A DNA stretch of 64,000 nucleotides. It comes from an uncultured Dehalococcoidia bacterium. GTDB lineage: Bacteria > Chloroflexota > Dehalococcoidia > GIF9 > UBA5629. The stretch is taken from the NCBI GenBank assembly GCA_903929005.1, contig CAIYTC010000202.1, forward strand, positions 3,080-67,079, read 5' to 3'. A program made the position numbers and the translations under genes. This document shows positions 39,832-48,697 of this stretch, one piece after another (position 1 is the stretch's first letter; each line of letters begins with the position of its first letter). Under the pieces are notes generated by a model. The model did no database searches, had not been told where the DNA came from, and saw nothing but the letters and a program-made list of their open reading frames with translations.

Positions 39832-41118
39832 TCAGCGTGTGTGAAATCTCAGTTTGACAGTGCCGGCCGGTTCAATCAGGTCGCCGTCGTTAAGGCTGAC
39901 CTCTCCCCGGTCCCGGATGTCTGTGCTGTTGAGACTGGTTCCGCCGCCGCCCGTATCTTCAATGAAGTGTTGCCCATCGGCGCAGGTGATGCGGAAGTGC
40001 TGCCGGGAGATAAAGCATAGTTCATCCAGCCCGAGTGCCCTGGCCAGCTCACCCCTGCCTATGGTCTGGCTGCTGCCGGCAAGCTGAATCTCCAGCCCAT
40101 TGGGCAGGGCTAAATATGCCCTGGGGGCTGCCGGGGCGTCAGGCTGTTCTGACAGGGCTGGGAGCGAAGAAGGCGGGCTCTCTATGGCTGTGGGCCCGGC
40201 ATAGCGCCTGCGCAACGTCAGGCCGAGCAGGACGATAAGTGCTCCTGCTGCGAGGCCCAGGATGATCAGGATCACCGGGTTGCCGAGGAATTTAAGCGCC
40301 TGGCCGGGAAAGGCCACTGGCCTGACTGTGACAGTGGCGGATTGGGATAGCACTTTTCCGCCCGGGTCCCGGGCTGTCAATATATAGGTAGCTGTCGAAG
40401 GAGGTTTAATCAGCCATGTCCCGCCTGGCCCGGCTACCGTGCCTATATCCGATATCTCTATAGCGCTTGAACCCTGGACGTCCCAGGAAAGCAGCGTGTC
40501 CTCCCCGGAATTGATGCAGGGCGGGTTAACCTCGAAAGAAACGATTTTAAGTTCCGGGTAGCTTTTGGAATAAGTCCAGAAAATAGCATAATTCCGCTGT
40601 TCTTTAGGGTCCTCGGCGGCCCACTGACCGTTGCCGTAAAACCAGGTCCTGTAAATATGCTGTCCTTCCGGCTCGGCATTGCCGGGGCTGAAGGGGCCAA
40701 GCTTCCACAGGCCGCTTTCCGTAAGGCGCCATTTATAGGCTATCCATTTTCCTCCGGGATTGCTGCCTTTAGGGTAGTATTCATAAATATAAAGCCAGCC
40801 GGGCGAGTTGACGTCTACATCCAGGTACCATTTGTCATCTGCTGTGACCTTATATTTTGCCTGCGCCGATACAGCGCTGAAACTGGCTATAAAGCTGGGG
40901 GGAGTGCTCTTGTCCTGTAATGTCGGTCCTTGCAAAAGGAAATTGACATGAGGCTTGATTTCATCGTTGGCGGGGTCGTTGGTGGGGATGTCGGGTATAG
41001 TGTAATTTTCTGTTGGCGCACCCACCGCTGAGGTACCCGACGGGAAGCCGGCTATTGCTGCCAGCGCACTAACAAGCAGTAACAGGGCTAAGGCAAGGCA
41101 GAAGCTGTTTAATCTCAT
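39832..41118 (-). CDS. Receptor-like FHA protein 3 (paralog)
   Basis: 'LYIYEYYPKGSNPGGKWIAYKWRLTESGLWKLGPF'; Ig-like 'IVSFEVNPPCINSGEDTLLSWDVQGSSAIEISDIGTV'; TM; FHA 'ISRQHFRITCADGQHFIEDTGGGGTSLNS'; 4-nt overlap with the kinase gene. Confidence 0.7.
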   Translation of the reverse strand: MRLNSFCLALALLLLVSALAAIAGFPSGTSAVGAPTENYTIPDIPTNDPANDEIKPHVNFLLQGPTLQDKSTPPSFIASFSAVSAQAKYKVTADDKWYLDVDVNSPGWLYIYEYYPKGSNPGGKWIAYKWRLTESGLWKLGPFSPGNAEPEGQHIYRTWFYGNGQWAAEDPKEQRNYAIFWTYSKSYPELKIVSFEVNPPCINSGEDTLLSWDVQGSSAIEISDIGTVAGPGGTWLIKPPSTATYILTARDPGGKVLSQSATVTVRPVAFPGQALKFLGNPVILIILGLAAGALIVLLGLTLRRRYAGPTAIESPPSSLPALSEQPDAPAAPRAYLALPNGLEIQLAGSSQTIGRGELARALGLDELCFISRQHFRITCADGQHFIEDTGGGGTSLNSTDIRDRGEVSLNDGDLIEPAGTVKLRFHTR

Positions 41119-42134
41119 TTCGGGGCCTCCGCGTTCCCGGGTGGGGTAAGGCTGGCCGGTGACAGCGCAGCCTGCATGGCGCGTGCCCCGGCGAACCTGC
41201 TGCCCGGGGAGAACATGCTTCCCTGCGACAGACAGCGCGCAGTGCGCTTCGATATACCGGCTGAAATGAGGCAGTTGGCCACGGCTGCGGCTTCGCTGTA
41301 GGAGCGCGGCCAGTTGCTATTAATCAGGCTGTAGCAGAGGTCATTGGGTGGCCGCAGTGTGAGCAGGTAGATGCAGGTCTGCGCTACCCCGCACAGGTCG
41401 CAGCGCTGGTCGCTTTCACCGCCCATGAAGAGCTCGGGTATATCAAAGCCCTTGTTGGCGATCTGCGTGAACGGGTCTTTGCTTTCAGGCTCTCTTTTGG
41501 CCCCGCTGAGGCCTTTAGCCGTGCCGAAATCGATCAGCTTGATCGTACCTTCGCTGGTCAGCATGATATTTTTAGGATTAACGTCACGGTGGACGATACC
41601 GGCGCTGTGTATATAAGAGAGCGCATCCAGCACCTGGCAGGCCCAAGCCACGACCTTTTCTTCCCTGTAGCAAGACCTTGGCGCAGAGGGCATAATGGTC
41701 TCACCATTAATATACTCGATAACCAGGTGGAATTCGCCGTTCAAATAGAAATCGTCCAGGTATTTGACGAGGTTGGGATGGCTCAGTTTCTTGAGGTAGC
41801 CGGCTTCCTGCATGAGCTTGTCCAGGTAGACGTTATCGATGTTGGTGCCCCGGCGCGGCGTCTTGATGATGCATGTCCTATTGGTGCCCCGCTCTTTGGC
41901 CAGCCAGATGGTGGCCATGCCGCCCTGCTTGTAAGGCTGGGATTTTATCTCGTAGCGCCCGTTGACCGGGCCTGCGCTGCCGGTTGCTGAGGGAGGCGGT
42001 TGCAGTGTTTGGCCGGGCGCAGCCGGCGGTCCGTTGCTATCACGTTTCCTTGCGGTCCGGATTATAGTCACGGCCACCGGTATGCTGGAAACGATCAGCG
42101 CAATTAAAACGATAAGAGGAGCAAAATCAGCCAT
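41115..42134 (-). CDS. Hanks-type Ser/Thr protein kinase, N-terminal single TM anchor, no sensor domain
   Basis: 'IVHRDVNPKNIML' catalytic loop, 'IDFGTAKG' DFG, Lys in 'CIIKTP'; TM 'LIVLIALIVSSIPVAVTII'. Confidence 0.8.
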   Translation of the reverse strand: MADFAPLIVLIALIVSSIPVAVTIIRTARKRDSNGPPAAPGQTLQPPPSATGSAGPVNGRYEIKSQPYKQGGMATIWLAKERGTNRTCIIKTPRRGTNIDNVYLDKLMQEAGYLKKLSHPNLVKYLDDFYLNGEFHLVIEYINGETIMPSAPRSCYREEKVVAWACQVLDALSYIHSAGIVHRDVNPKNIMLTSEGTIKLIDFGTAKGLSGAKREPESKDPFTQIANKGFDIPELFMGGESDQRCDLCGVAQTCIYLLTLRPPNDLCYSLINSNWPRSYSEAAAVANCLISAGISKRTARCLSQGSMFSPGSRFAGARAMQAALSPASLTPPGNAEAPK

Positions 42135-42937
42135 CAGGCGACTCCTATGCTAGTCTGCACGCTCATCATTGCCTGCCAGGAGGGCAGGTTTTCCGGCCTG
42201 GCAATAATCACCGATATATTATCAGGGCCTCCTGCCAGGTTGGCCTGTGCCGTCAGTTCGCGGCAGGCCTGGGCTGCGCTGCGGGAGCCGAGCACGACCT
42301 CCGAAATCCTTTCGGCCGGCAGCACACCGCAGAGGCCGTCCGAGCAAAGCAGTATACTGTCCCCGGCGTAGAGCTTCACCTGCAACAGGTCAGGGAGCGT
42401 GTCAGGATAATAGCCGAGTACGCGTGTGATCTCATTTTTGCGTGGGTGGACCATGGCCTCGTCGGGCGTGATCAGGCCGCTATCTATGAGGTGCTGGACG
42501 ACGGAATGGTCTTTAGTTACCTGCAGGGTCTCCCTGCTGTTGATAATGCTGCAGCGGGAATCGCCGACGTGAGCCACGTACATTTCCTGGCCAAGCACCA
42601 GGCTGGCGGTGAGGGTCGTGCCCATGCCTTCCAGCGACCTTTCTTTGGCTGCCGTGAGGACGGTGTCGTTGGCTTTCTTGAAGGCATCAGCCATCAGGCT
42701 GAGGGGACCGGCATCGGCCCGCGCCAGCAGGGCGCTGATGCACTCCGAGCAAAATGTTTTCAGGGCAAGGTCGCTGGCTATTTCACCGGCGTCGTGGCCG
42801 CCCATACCGTCAGCCACCACGAATAATCCGGCGGAGGCGGTCCCCAGGTGGGTCATGATATCGAAGATGCCGCAAAAGATGCTATCCTCGTTGAGCTTCC
42901 TGGTCAGCCCGGTATCCCAGCTATAACCTCTTTCCAA
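42134..42937 (-). CDS. PP2C-family Ser/Thr protein phosphatase
   Basis: 'VVADGMGGHDAGEIAS', 'LLCSDGL' PP2C metal-binding motifs; stop overlaps the kinase start. Confidence 0.8.
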   Translation of the reverse strand: MERGYSWDTGLTRKLNEDSIFCGIFDIMTHLGTASAGLFVVADGMGGHDAGEIASDLALKTFCSECISALLARADAGPLSLMADAFKKANDTVLTAAKERSLEGMGTTLTASLVLGQEMYVAHVGDSRCSIINSRETLQVTKDHSVVQHLIDSGLITPDEAMVHPRKNEITRVLGYYPDTLPDLLQVKLYAGDSILLCSDGLCGVLPAERISEVVLGSRSAAQACRELTAQANLAGGPDNISVIIARPENLPSWQAMMSVQTSIGVA

Positions 42938-42962
42938 TCGATACTCCTGGTTGCAGCTTCAT

Positions 42963-43532
42963 TTATACTAACCTGAAAGTAAGTGTGGCATCCGGCTGGC
43001 GGGACAGTTCGATCTGGTCGCCGTCTTTCAGCGCCTGCCTGCCTTTATGATGTATGTCAGCTTTGTTGAGCTTGGCATGGTTGGTACTGCCCGTGCCGTC
43101 ACGGCCGTAGTCCTGCGCATAATAGGTACCGTTTTCATAAGTTATCAGCAGGTGCTGCCTGGAGATGCTCATCAACATATCCTGGGGCAGCTTGCCGTTA
43201 AAATCGCTGCGTTCGATGAAGGTTGGTGCGCCCATGAGCAGGATTTCAGAACCGCCCGGCATGATCACCTTAGCTTTGGGAACGGGCGGCGGTGGCACGG
43301 CGCCCTGTTCCGTTTTAGCGGCGCCGTTGACGCCGCGGTCTTCATCGCCGGCAGCAAAATATTCCCCGCAGTTGTAGCAAAAGAAGCTGGCTGCGTTGTT
43401 TAAGCTTTGACACTTCGGGCAGTTGATCCCGCTATCTATCCTGTCAGCCTGTTGCGAGGCAAGGGCGCCCCCGCACTTCCAGCAGATTTTCTCCGCGGCA
43501 GCGTTCTCCTGCCCGCATACCTGGCATAGCAT
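42963..43532 (-). CDS. Double zinc-ribbon + FHA domain protein
   Basis: 'CQVCGQ…CWKCGG' and 'CPKCQS…CYNCGE' ribbons; FHA 'ISRQHLLITYENGTYYAQDYG…STNHAKLN'. Confidence 0.7.
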   Translation of the reverse strand: MLCQVCGQENAAAEKICWKCGGALASQQADRIDSGINCPKCQSLNNAASFFCYNCGEYFAAGDEDRGVNGAAKTEQGAVPPPPVPKAKVIMPGGSEILLMGAPTFIERSDFNGKLPQDMLMSISRQHLLITYENGTYYAQDYGRDGTGSTNHAKLNKADIHHKGRQALKDGDQIELSRQPDATLTFRLV

Positions 43533-43586
43533 TTAAATTCGCTCTCCTAAATTTAAAGAACTTTACTTCATTATAGATTAAATTGC

Positions 43587-43615
43587 TTGACAGGTTACTG
43601 ACGAATACCTAATAT
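43587..43615 (+). promoter_or_regulatory. Sigma70-like promoter for the FHA-OmpR regulator
   Basis: TTGACA(43587-43592)-17 nt-TAATAT(43610-43615), ~85 bp upstream of ATG 43701. Confidence 0.35.
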
Positions 43616-43700
43616 AAACCTGACAAATGGTAAACTCTGTGACGATCGTCTTGGCTATATTATACTGCAATGCGGGTTGACCGCCCGGAATGATTATTAA

Positions 43701-44390
43701 ATGAACCAGGCTTTTATCACTGTCAGGAGGGGCCAGGCGGAGGACGCCGGCAAAGTATTTACTATAAATAAAGCCAGCACCGTCATAGGCCGCCGCACGC
43801 CGCAGTACGTGCCAGACATCGAATTGAACGATGAAGCGGTTTCCAGGCGCCACCTTGAAATAATTGCCAGGGGCGATAGATACCTGCTGCAGGATCTGGG
43901 CAGCACCAACGGTACTATGCTGGATGGTGACCGTATCATGCCCGGCAAGTTATATACCCTCAAGCATAACAGCCAGATCGGCCTGGGTGTGGATGGTGAC
44001 GGGGCGCACATCATAATCGTATTCAAAGAATCGGAAAGCACCAACGTATTAACGGGTGATAAGAAACAGGCTGCTAAAAAGGGCAAAGCGGCGCCGGTGG
44101 CCTGGCTGAAGATTGACGAAGGCAAAAAAGAGGCCAGTGTCGATGGACAAGCGGCGAAGCTTTCACGTAAGGAATACGACCTCTTGCTTTTCCTCCGCAG
44201 CAACGCCGGGCAGGTGTGCTCCCGCGACGAGATTATCAAGGCGGTCTGGCCTGAAAGCCAGGATCCCGCCGCGATCTCCGACGCCACGGTCGACCAGCTA
44301 ATCCACAGGCTGCGTGAAAAGGTGGAACCGGAACCCGCCAGGCCCGCACGCATCATAAGCAAGGTGGGGTTCGGGTATATGCTGGGGTGA
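43701..44390 (+). CDS. FHA-domain + OmpR/PhoB-type winged-helix transcriptional regulator
   Basis: N-terminal FHA 'VSRRHLEIIARGDRYLLQDLGSTNGTMLDG'; C-terminal 'LSRKEYDLLLFLRSNAGQVCSRDEIIKAVW…ATVDQLIHRLREKV…VGFGYML' (trans_reg_C). Confidence 0.7.
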   Translation: MNQAFITVRRGQAEDAGKVFTINKASTVIGRRTPQYVPDIELNDEAVSRRHLEIIARGDRYLLQDLGSTNGTMLDGDRIMPGKLYTLKHNSQIGLGVDGDGAHIIIVFKESESTNVLTGDKKQAAKKGKAAPVAWLKIDEGKKEASVDGQAAKLSRKEYDLLLFLRSNAGQVCSRDEIIKAVWPESQDPAAISDATVDQLIHRLREKVEPEPARPARIISKVGFGYMLG

Positions 44391-44395
44391 GGGGG

Positions 44396-45646
44396 CTAAA
44401 TCCCGCTCTCTATGCAGTATTCCCTCAGTGTATTCAGCGAGGCGAAGAACTCTTTCATCATCGTGCCGACCGGGAACATGCCCAGCCTCGTGATTGAGAT
44501 GTGGCCGCCTTTCTCTTTAATAATGCCTGCGGCTTTAAAAAAGAGCAGCTCTGTCCACAGCCGGGCATGTATATCAGAGCCAAAACGTTGCTTGAACTGC
44601 ATCGTGTTTAAACTCATGCCGAAGAAGCGCGTAAGCATATAATAACGGTAATGCTCGAGGTCAGATAGGCGGCGCATACGCACGATAGGCAGCCTGCCAT
44701 CTGAAATGAGGCTGTGATAACCTTCCAGTGAGAATGAGTTGACCAGGAAATCGCCTCCCAGGAAGCTGACTGATCCTGCGCCGATGCCGATATAGTCGTC
44801 ATAGTCTATGATGTACTCGTCTATCATCAGGTCGCCGCGGGAAAAGCACCAGGCGGTGGAAGCCTTGTAGCCGGCATCGAGCAATTCAAGCAGGATGATG
44901 TCGTAGAACTGCTTTTCCGGTGAGGTATCAACCCGGCGGAACTTTTTTGTCAGGGCATCGAGCTTGTGCGGGGACGGCATGAGCGGGTAGAAGGTGGCCT
45001 GGTCTGCGCCCAGTTCCTTGAATATCCTGACGTCCGACTTGAACTGCTCCAATGTCTGGGTGGGGAAGTTGAACATGAGGTCGACGTTGACCGTATCGAA
45101 CCTGCCCTGCGCCAATTTAAGCTTCTCTATGGAATCCTCTGCCTTAAACAGTGTCCTGCCCATGGCCTTGAGCAGCGTGTTGTCGAAGCTCTGCACGCCG
45201 ACAGAGAGCCGGTTGACGCCGATGTCCTGGAGCCGCTTTAGCGTATCCGGTGTCAGTTCACGCGGCGTGGTCTCCAACGAGACGCGCCTGACCTCAAACT
45301 GGGAGCGCAGGTGGCCGACAAAATCAGTCAGTTCATCCATGAGCACGGTGGGCGTGCCTCCGCCGAAGTAAAAGTCCTTGAAGCGGAAGCCCGACTCCGT
45401 GTATATGTCCAGCTCTTTGCGCAGGTCCCTGAAATAGCGGCGCGCCAGGTCCTCCCTGAAAAGGTAGCGGTTAAAACAGCAGAAAGGGCAGAGAGTCCGG
45501 CAGAAAGGGATATGGATATAGAGCGAGACGCCGCTGCCGCGTTCGCGGCCTTCGCGGGCGATATAAGCGGCATCGACATCGCCGGTGAACTTAAGGAAGC
45601 TCCTGCCGGAGTGGCGGACAACGGAACCGGCGAACCAGGGTATCAC
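44396..45646 (-). CDS. HemN/HemW-like radical SAM protein (oxygen-independent coproporphyrinogen-III oxidase family)
   Basis: 'LYIHIPFCRTLCPFCCFN' CxxxCxxC radical SAM motif. Confidence 0.7.
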   Translation of the reverse strand: MIPWFAGSVVRHSGRSFLKFTGDVDAAYIAREGRERGSGVSLYIHIPFCRTLCPFCCFNRYLFREDLARRYFRDLRKELDIYTESGFRFKDFYFGGGTPTVLMDELTDFVGHLRSQFEVRRVSLETTPRELTPDTLKRLQDIGVNRLSVGVQSFDNTLLKAMGRTLFKAEDSIEKLKLAQGRFDTVNVDLMFNFPTQTLEQFKSDVRIFKELGADQATFYPLMPSPHKLDALTKKFRRVDTSPEKQFYDIILLELLDAGYKASTAWCFSRGDLMIDEYIIDYDDYIGIGAGSVSFLGGDFLVNSFSLEGYHSLISDGRLPIVRMRRLSDLEHYRYYMLTRFFGMSLNTMQFKQRFGSDIHARLWTELLFFKAAGIIKEKGGHISITRLGMFPVGTMMKEFFASLNTLREYCIESGI

Positions 45647-45860
45647 GGGGTAAATTATACCGTATCACCCTCTCCCCTGCCCCATCTCCTTGAAAGGAGC
45701 GCCGTGCGTACTATATTGTACACACGGTTTTCTTTGTGCGATATATGCGTGAACCGTGTTGAAAAGGGCGTGACTGATCAGGTAACTGAAGAAAATGGGG
45801 TGCGGATACATCCCCCACTAAAGTACTACATAAAACTACCTGATTAAGTACTAACAGGTC

Positions 45861-46148
45861 ATGTTCAACGGCCTTAATATACAGTGTTACCCTGGGCAAG
45901 GCTACCCATCCCCTGATGGGCATCATAGCCGAAGACATCAAGCCGCCGCTGCTGGGCTGAAGGTGAAAGATATCATACTGCGCATCAATGACCGTGAGGT
46001 GAATACGCTGTCCGATCTAACCAGGATATTATGGCGAATGAACGCCGGTGATGTAATCCGGCTAAGCTGCCAGCGCGGGACAGAGACGGTGTTGCTAACC
46101 GTAAAGCTGGCAACCAGGCCAGACGACAAACCCCTGGCTGAGCTTTAA
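45861..46148 (+). pseudogene. Isolated, frameshifted C-terminal PDZ-domain remnant of an HtrA-like protease
   Basis: ORF frame 'AAAAGLKVKDIILRINDREVNTLSDLTRIL…GDVIRL…TVKLATR' is PDZ-like; the preceding PDZ strand 'LMGIIAEDIKPPLLG*' is in the +1 frame (shift within 'gccgccgctgctgg'); no protease domain upstream. Confidence 0.35.
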
Positions 46149-46338
46149 CGCTGCTTTGAAATCTCCGGCCCGGGGATCTGCCGCCATTTAAGCAAGCGCT
46201 TTTAAATATAGAGGATGCACTTCCGGGTTGTCTCTTAACGGCTCGTGATCACAAGCTTCCAATTCCACCCCAACTTGAAACGTTTATACGTCGAACAGCT
46301 ATAATAACCGTTATGAATACGCTCCGGGGCAGCCGCTA

Positions 46339-46908
46339 ATGTATCTGCTGGCACACGCCGGCATCACCGTGGGGGCAGCCTACACCGCGGAGAAGGCTAT
46401 TAACTGGCGGCGCATGGCAGGCACAGTGCCCCCTGCCAGCGCGCCTCTGCGTGTCGATTACCGCGTCATCCTGCTGGGTGCCCTGCTGCCTGACATTATC
46501 GATAAGCCCCTGGGGTTGATACTGCTGCCCGGCGTCCTGGCCAATGGACGCACCTTCCTGCATACCCTGCTCTTCCTGCTGCTCACCCTGCTGGCCGCCG
46601 TAATGATCTACCGGCAGCAGCGCAAGCTGTGGGGTTTTTACGTCGCCTTCGGCGTGCTCATGCATTTCAGCCTGGATGCCATATGGACCGACCCCGTCAC
46701 CTTTTACTGGCCCTTGCTCGGCGCCTTCCAAACCCAGCCCGGGATTACCTTCTTATGGGTAGTGCAAAGCTGGATACAGAGCTTCCGCGAGGAGCCCCGC
46801 CTCTATATACCCGAAACCGCCGGCTTCATCATCCTGTTATTTTTCACCGCCAGGCTGATAATACAGAAGGAAGTCACAGCCTTCATGCGGCAGGGCAGGC
46901 TGTGCTAA
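46339..46908 (+). CDS. Membrane-bound metal-dependent hydrolase (DUF457/YdjM-like)
   Basis: 'MYLLAHAGITVGAAY…LLGALLPDIIDKPLG' N-terminus typical of the family. Confidence 0.45.
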   Translation: MYLLAHAGITVGAAYTAEKAINWRRMAGTVPPASAPLRVDYRVILLGALLPDIIDKPLGLILLPGVLANGRTFLHTLLFLLLTLLAAVMIYRQQRKLWGFYVAFGVLMHFSLDAIWTDPVTFYWPLLGAFQTQPGITFLWVVQSWIQSFREEPRLYIPETAGFIILLFFTARLIIQKEVTAFMRQGRLC

Positions 46909-47029
46909 TACTGACAATAAGAAAGGATGTAATAAACGTCATGATATAACCTGTTGCGGAATCCCGCTATTTTATGCACAATAAGCAGGCTGTATTTCAG
47001 GACACAAAATTCACCAAAGGAGCTTCATT

Positions 47030-47914
47030 ATGGATAACGTTCTGGTCATCGGCGCAGGCTTCATGGGCGGCGGAATCGCACAGGTGGTGGCCCAGGGTGG
47101 TTACACTGTTTACCTGCAGGATATAAACCCTCAATCGTTGGAAAAAACTATGGCGCAGATTAAATGGTCGACGGAGAAACTGGCCGGCAAGGGAAAGATC
47201 AAGGACAGCGCTAAAACAGTGCAGGACAGGATCAACGTGGTGAAAGACCTTGCCATCGCGCCCCAATGCCAGTGGGTCATCGAGGTGGTCTTTGAAGATG
47301 AGAATATGAAGAGGGAGCTCTTCAAAGAACTCGACGCCGCCTGCCCGGTTGAGACTATCCTGGCTTCCAACACCTCCAGCATACCCATAACCCGCCTGGC
47401 ATCGCTGACCAGGCACCCCGAAAGGGTGGCCGGGCTGCACTTCTTCGGCCCGGTGCCCATGATGAGACTGGTAGAGGTTATCAAGGGAGAGAAAACATCG
47501 GATGCCGTTTTTAAAAAAAGCGTGGATTTCATCAACTCCATCGGCCAGTACCCTGTTAAGGTCATGAAGGACATACCGGGATTTATCATGAACCGCATCA
47601 ATGGCGTGGCCTTCCGCGAGGCGCTCTCCCTGGTGGAAAATGGCATCGCCACGGTCGAGGACGTCGATAAAGGCATGCACTACGGCTTCAACTGGAACAT
47701 CGGCCCCTTCGAGATCGCCGACAACGCCGGCATCGATACCTACGTGCGTGTGGGCAGGTCATTCGCGGCGCTGGGCGCCGGCGATATTGTAGCTGCCTCA
47801 CCACTAATGGAGAAAATGCTCAAGGCCGGGCGATTGGGCCGAAAAGTAGGCAAGGGGTTCTATGATTACACTCCCGACGGGAAGCAGGTACCTTTTGACA
47901 TTAACACGCTGTAG
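47030..47914 (+). CDS. hbd: 3-hydroxyacyl-CoA (3-hydroxybutyryl-CoA) dehydrogenase
   Basis: 'VLVIGAGFMGGGIAQV' Rossmann fold, 'NTSS' catalytic region. Confidence 0.8.
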   Translation: MDNVLVIGAGFMGGGIAQVVAQGGYTVYLQDINPQSLEKTMAQIKWSTEKLAGKGKIKDSAKTVQDRINVVKDLAIAPQCQWVIEVVFEDENMKRELFKELDAACPVETILASNTSSIPITRLASLTRHPERVAGLHFFGPVPMMRLVEVIKGEKTSDAVFKKSVDFINSIGQYPVKVMKDIPGFIMNRINGVAFREALSLVENGIATVEDVDKGMHYGFNWNIGPFEIADNAGIDTYVRVGRSFAALGAGDIVAASPLMEKMLKAGRLGRKVGKGFYDYTPDGKQVPFDINTL

Positions 47915-47923
47915 TTAGGCGAC

Positions 47924-48019
47924 TGTCATTGCGGTGAGCCGAAGCTGCGAGCCGAAGGCGTGGCAATCTGTCCGAGGTGAGTAGATTGCTTCGTCGCTGC
48001 GGCTCCTCGCAAAGACAGT
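47924..48019. repeat. MITE-like palindromic repeat copy (both arms) between convergent hbd and hlyIII
   Basis: 'tgtcattgcggtgagccgaagctgcgagccgaaggcgtggcaatct'…'agattgcttcgtcgctgcggctcctcgcaaagacag'. Confidence 0.6.
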
Positions 48020-48044
48020 ATTAAGATAAGGACCGCCACGACAT

Positions 48045-48692
48045 TTAACTTCTGATAGCAAAATAGATCACCAGGTAATGCAGGACCGCACCCGTGATTA
48101 CCAGCAGGTGGAAGATCTCGTGGAAACCGAAGACTCCCGGGAAGGGGTTGGGTTTCTTGATCGCGTAAAACACCGCCCCCAGCGTATAAGCCAGGCCGCC
48201 GCCCAGGAGCAGCCATAGCGAATTCAAGGGCATGGATACCAGCAACTGGTTCAAAGGGATAATCAGCATCCAGCCCATTGCGACGTAGATTGCCGTGGTC
48301 AGCCAGCGCGGGCCATGTATGTAAACGAGCTTAAAAACCAACCCCAGGATGACCAGCAGCCACTGCGCGCCGATGATGCCCCAGCGCCACCAGCCGTCCA
48401 AGTAGATATAGCATATAGGCGTATATGTTCCCGCTATCATGAAGAAAATGGCTATATGGTCCAGCCTGCGCCAGGGGTTGCGCTCATCTTCACCGGCTTT
48501 CTGCCCGTGGTAAACAGCGCTGCAGGTAAAGATAAAGACGGCACACAGGCTATATATGCTGGATAGAACGGCCCTGGTTATAGAGCCGGAGGAATTGCAC
48601 AGCAGTACGAGATAACCGGCCAGCGACGCTGCCGCTCCCAGCAAATGGGAATAGAAGTTCACCAAATCAGATTTTTGAAACGCCATGTCCAT
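48045..48692 (-). CDS. Hemolysin-III / PAQR-family membrane protein
   Basis: 7-TM; 'FHEIFHLLV' C-terminal His motif; N-terminal 'NFYSHLLGA'. Confidence 0.6.
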   Translation of the reverse strand: MDMAFQKSDLVNFYSHLLGAAASLAGYLVLLCNSSGSITRAVLSSIYSLCAVFIFTCSAVYHGQKAGEDERNPWRRLDHIAIFFMIAGTYTPICYIYLDGWWRWGIIGAQWLLVILGLVFKLVYIHGPRWLTTAIYVAMGWMLIIPLNQLLVSMPLNSLWLLLGGGLAYTLGAVFYAIKKPNPFPGVFGFHEIFHLLVITGAVLHYLVIYFAIRS

Positions 48693-48697
48693 CTCCT

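Noticed and set aside
36723-44390. Type VI secretion regulatory module (Fha/PpkA/PppA)
   Set aside because: The FHA + kinase + PP2C trio resembles T6SS post-translational regulators. No Tss/Hcp/VgrG genes occur anywhere in the window.
47926-48216. 96-aa minus ORF
   Set aside because: Lies mostly within the repeat copy at 47924-48019 and the hlyIII 3' region. It is an artefact of the palindrome.
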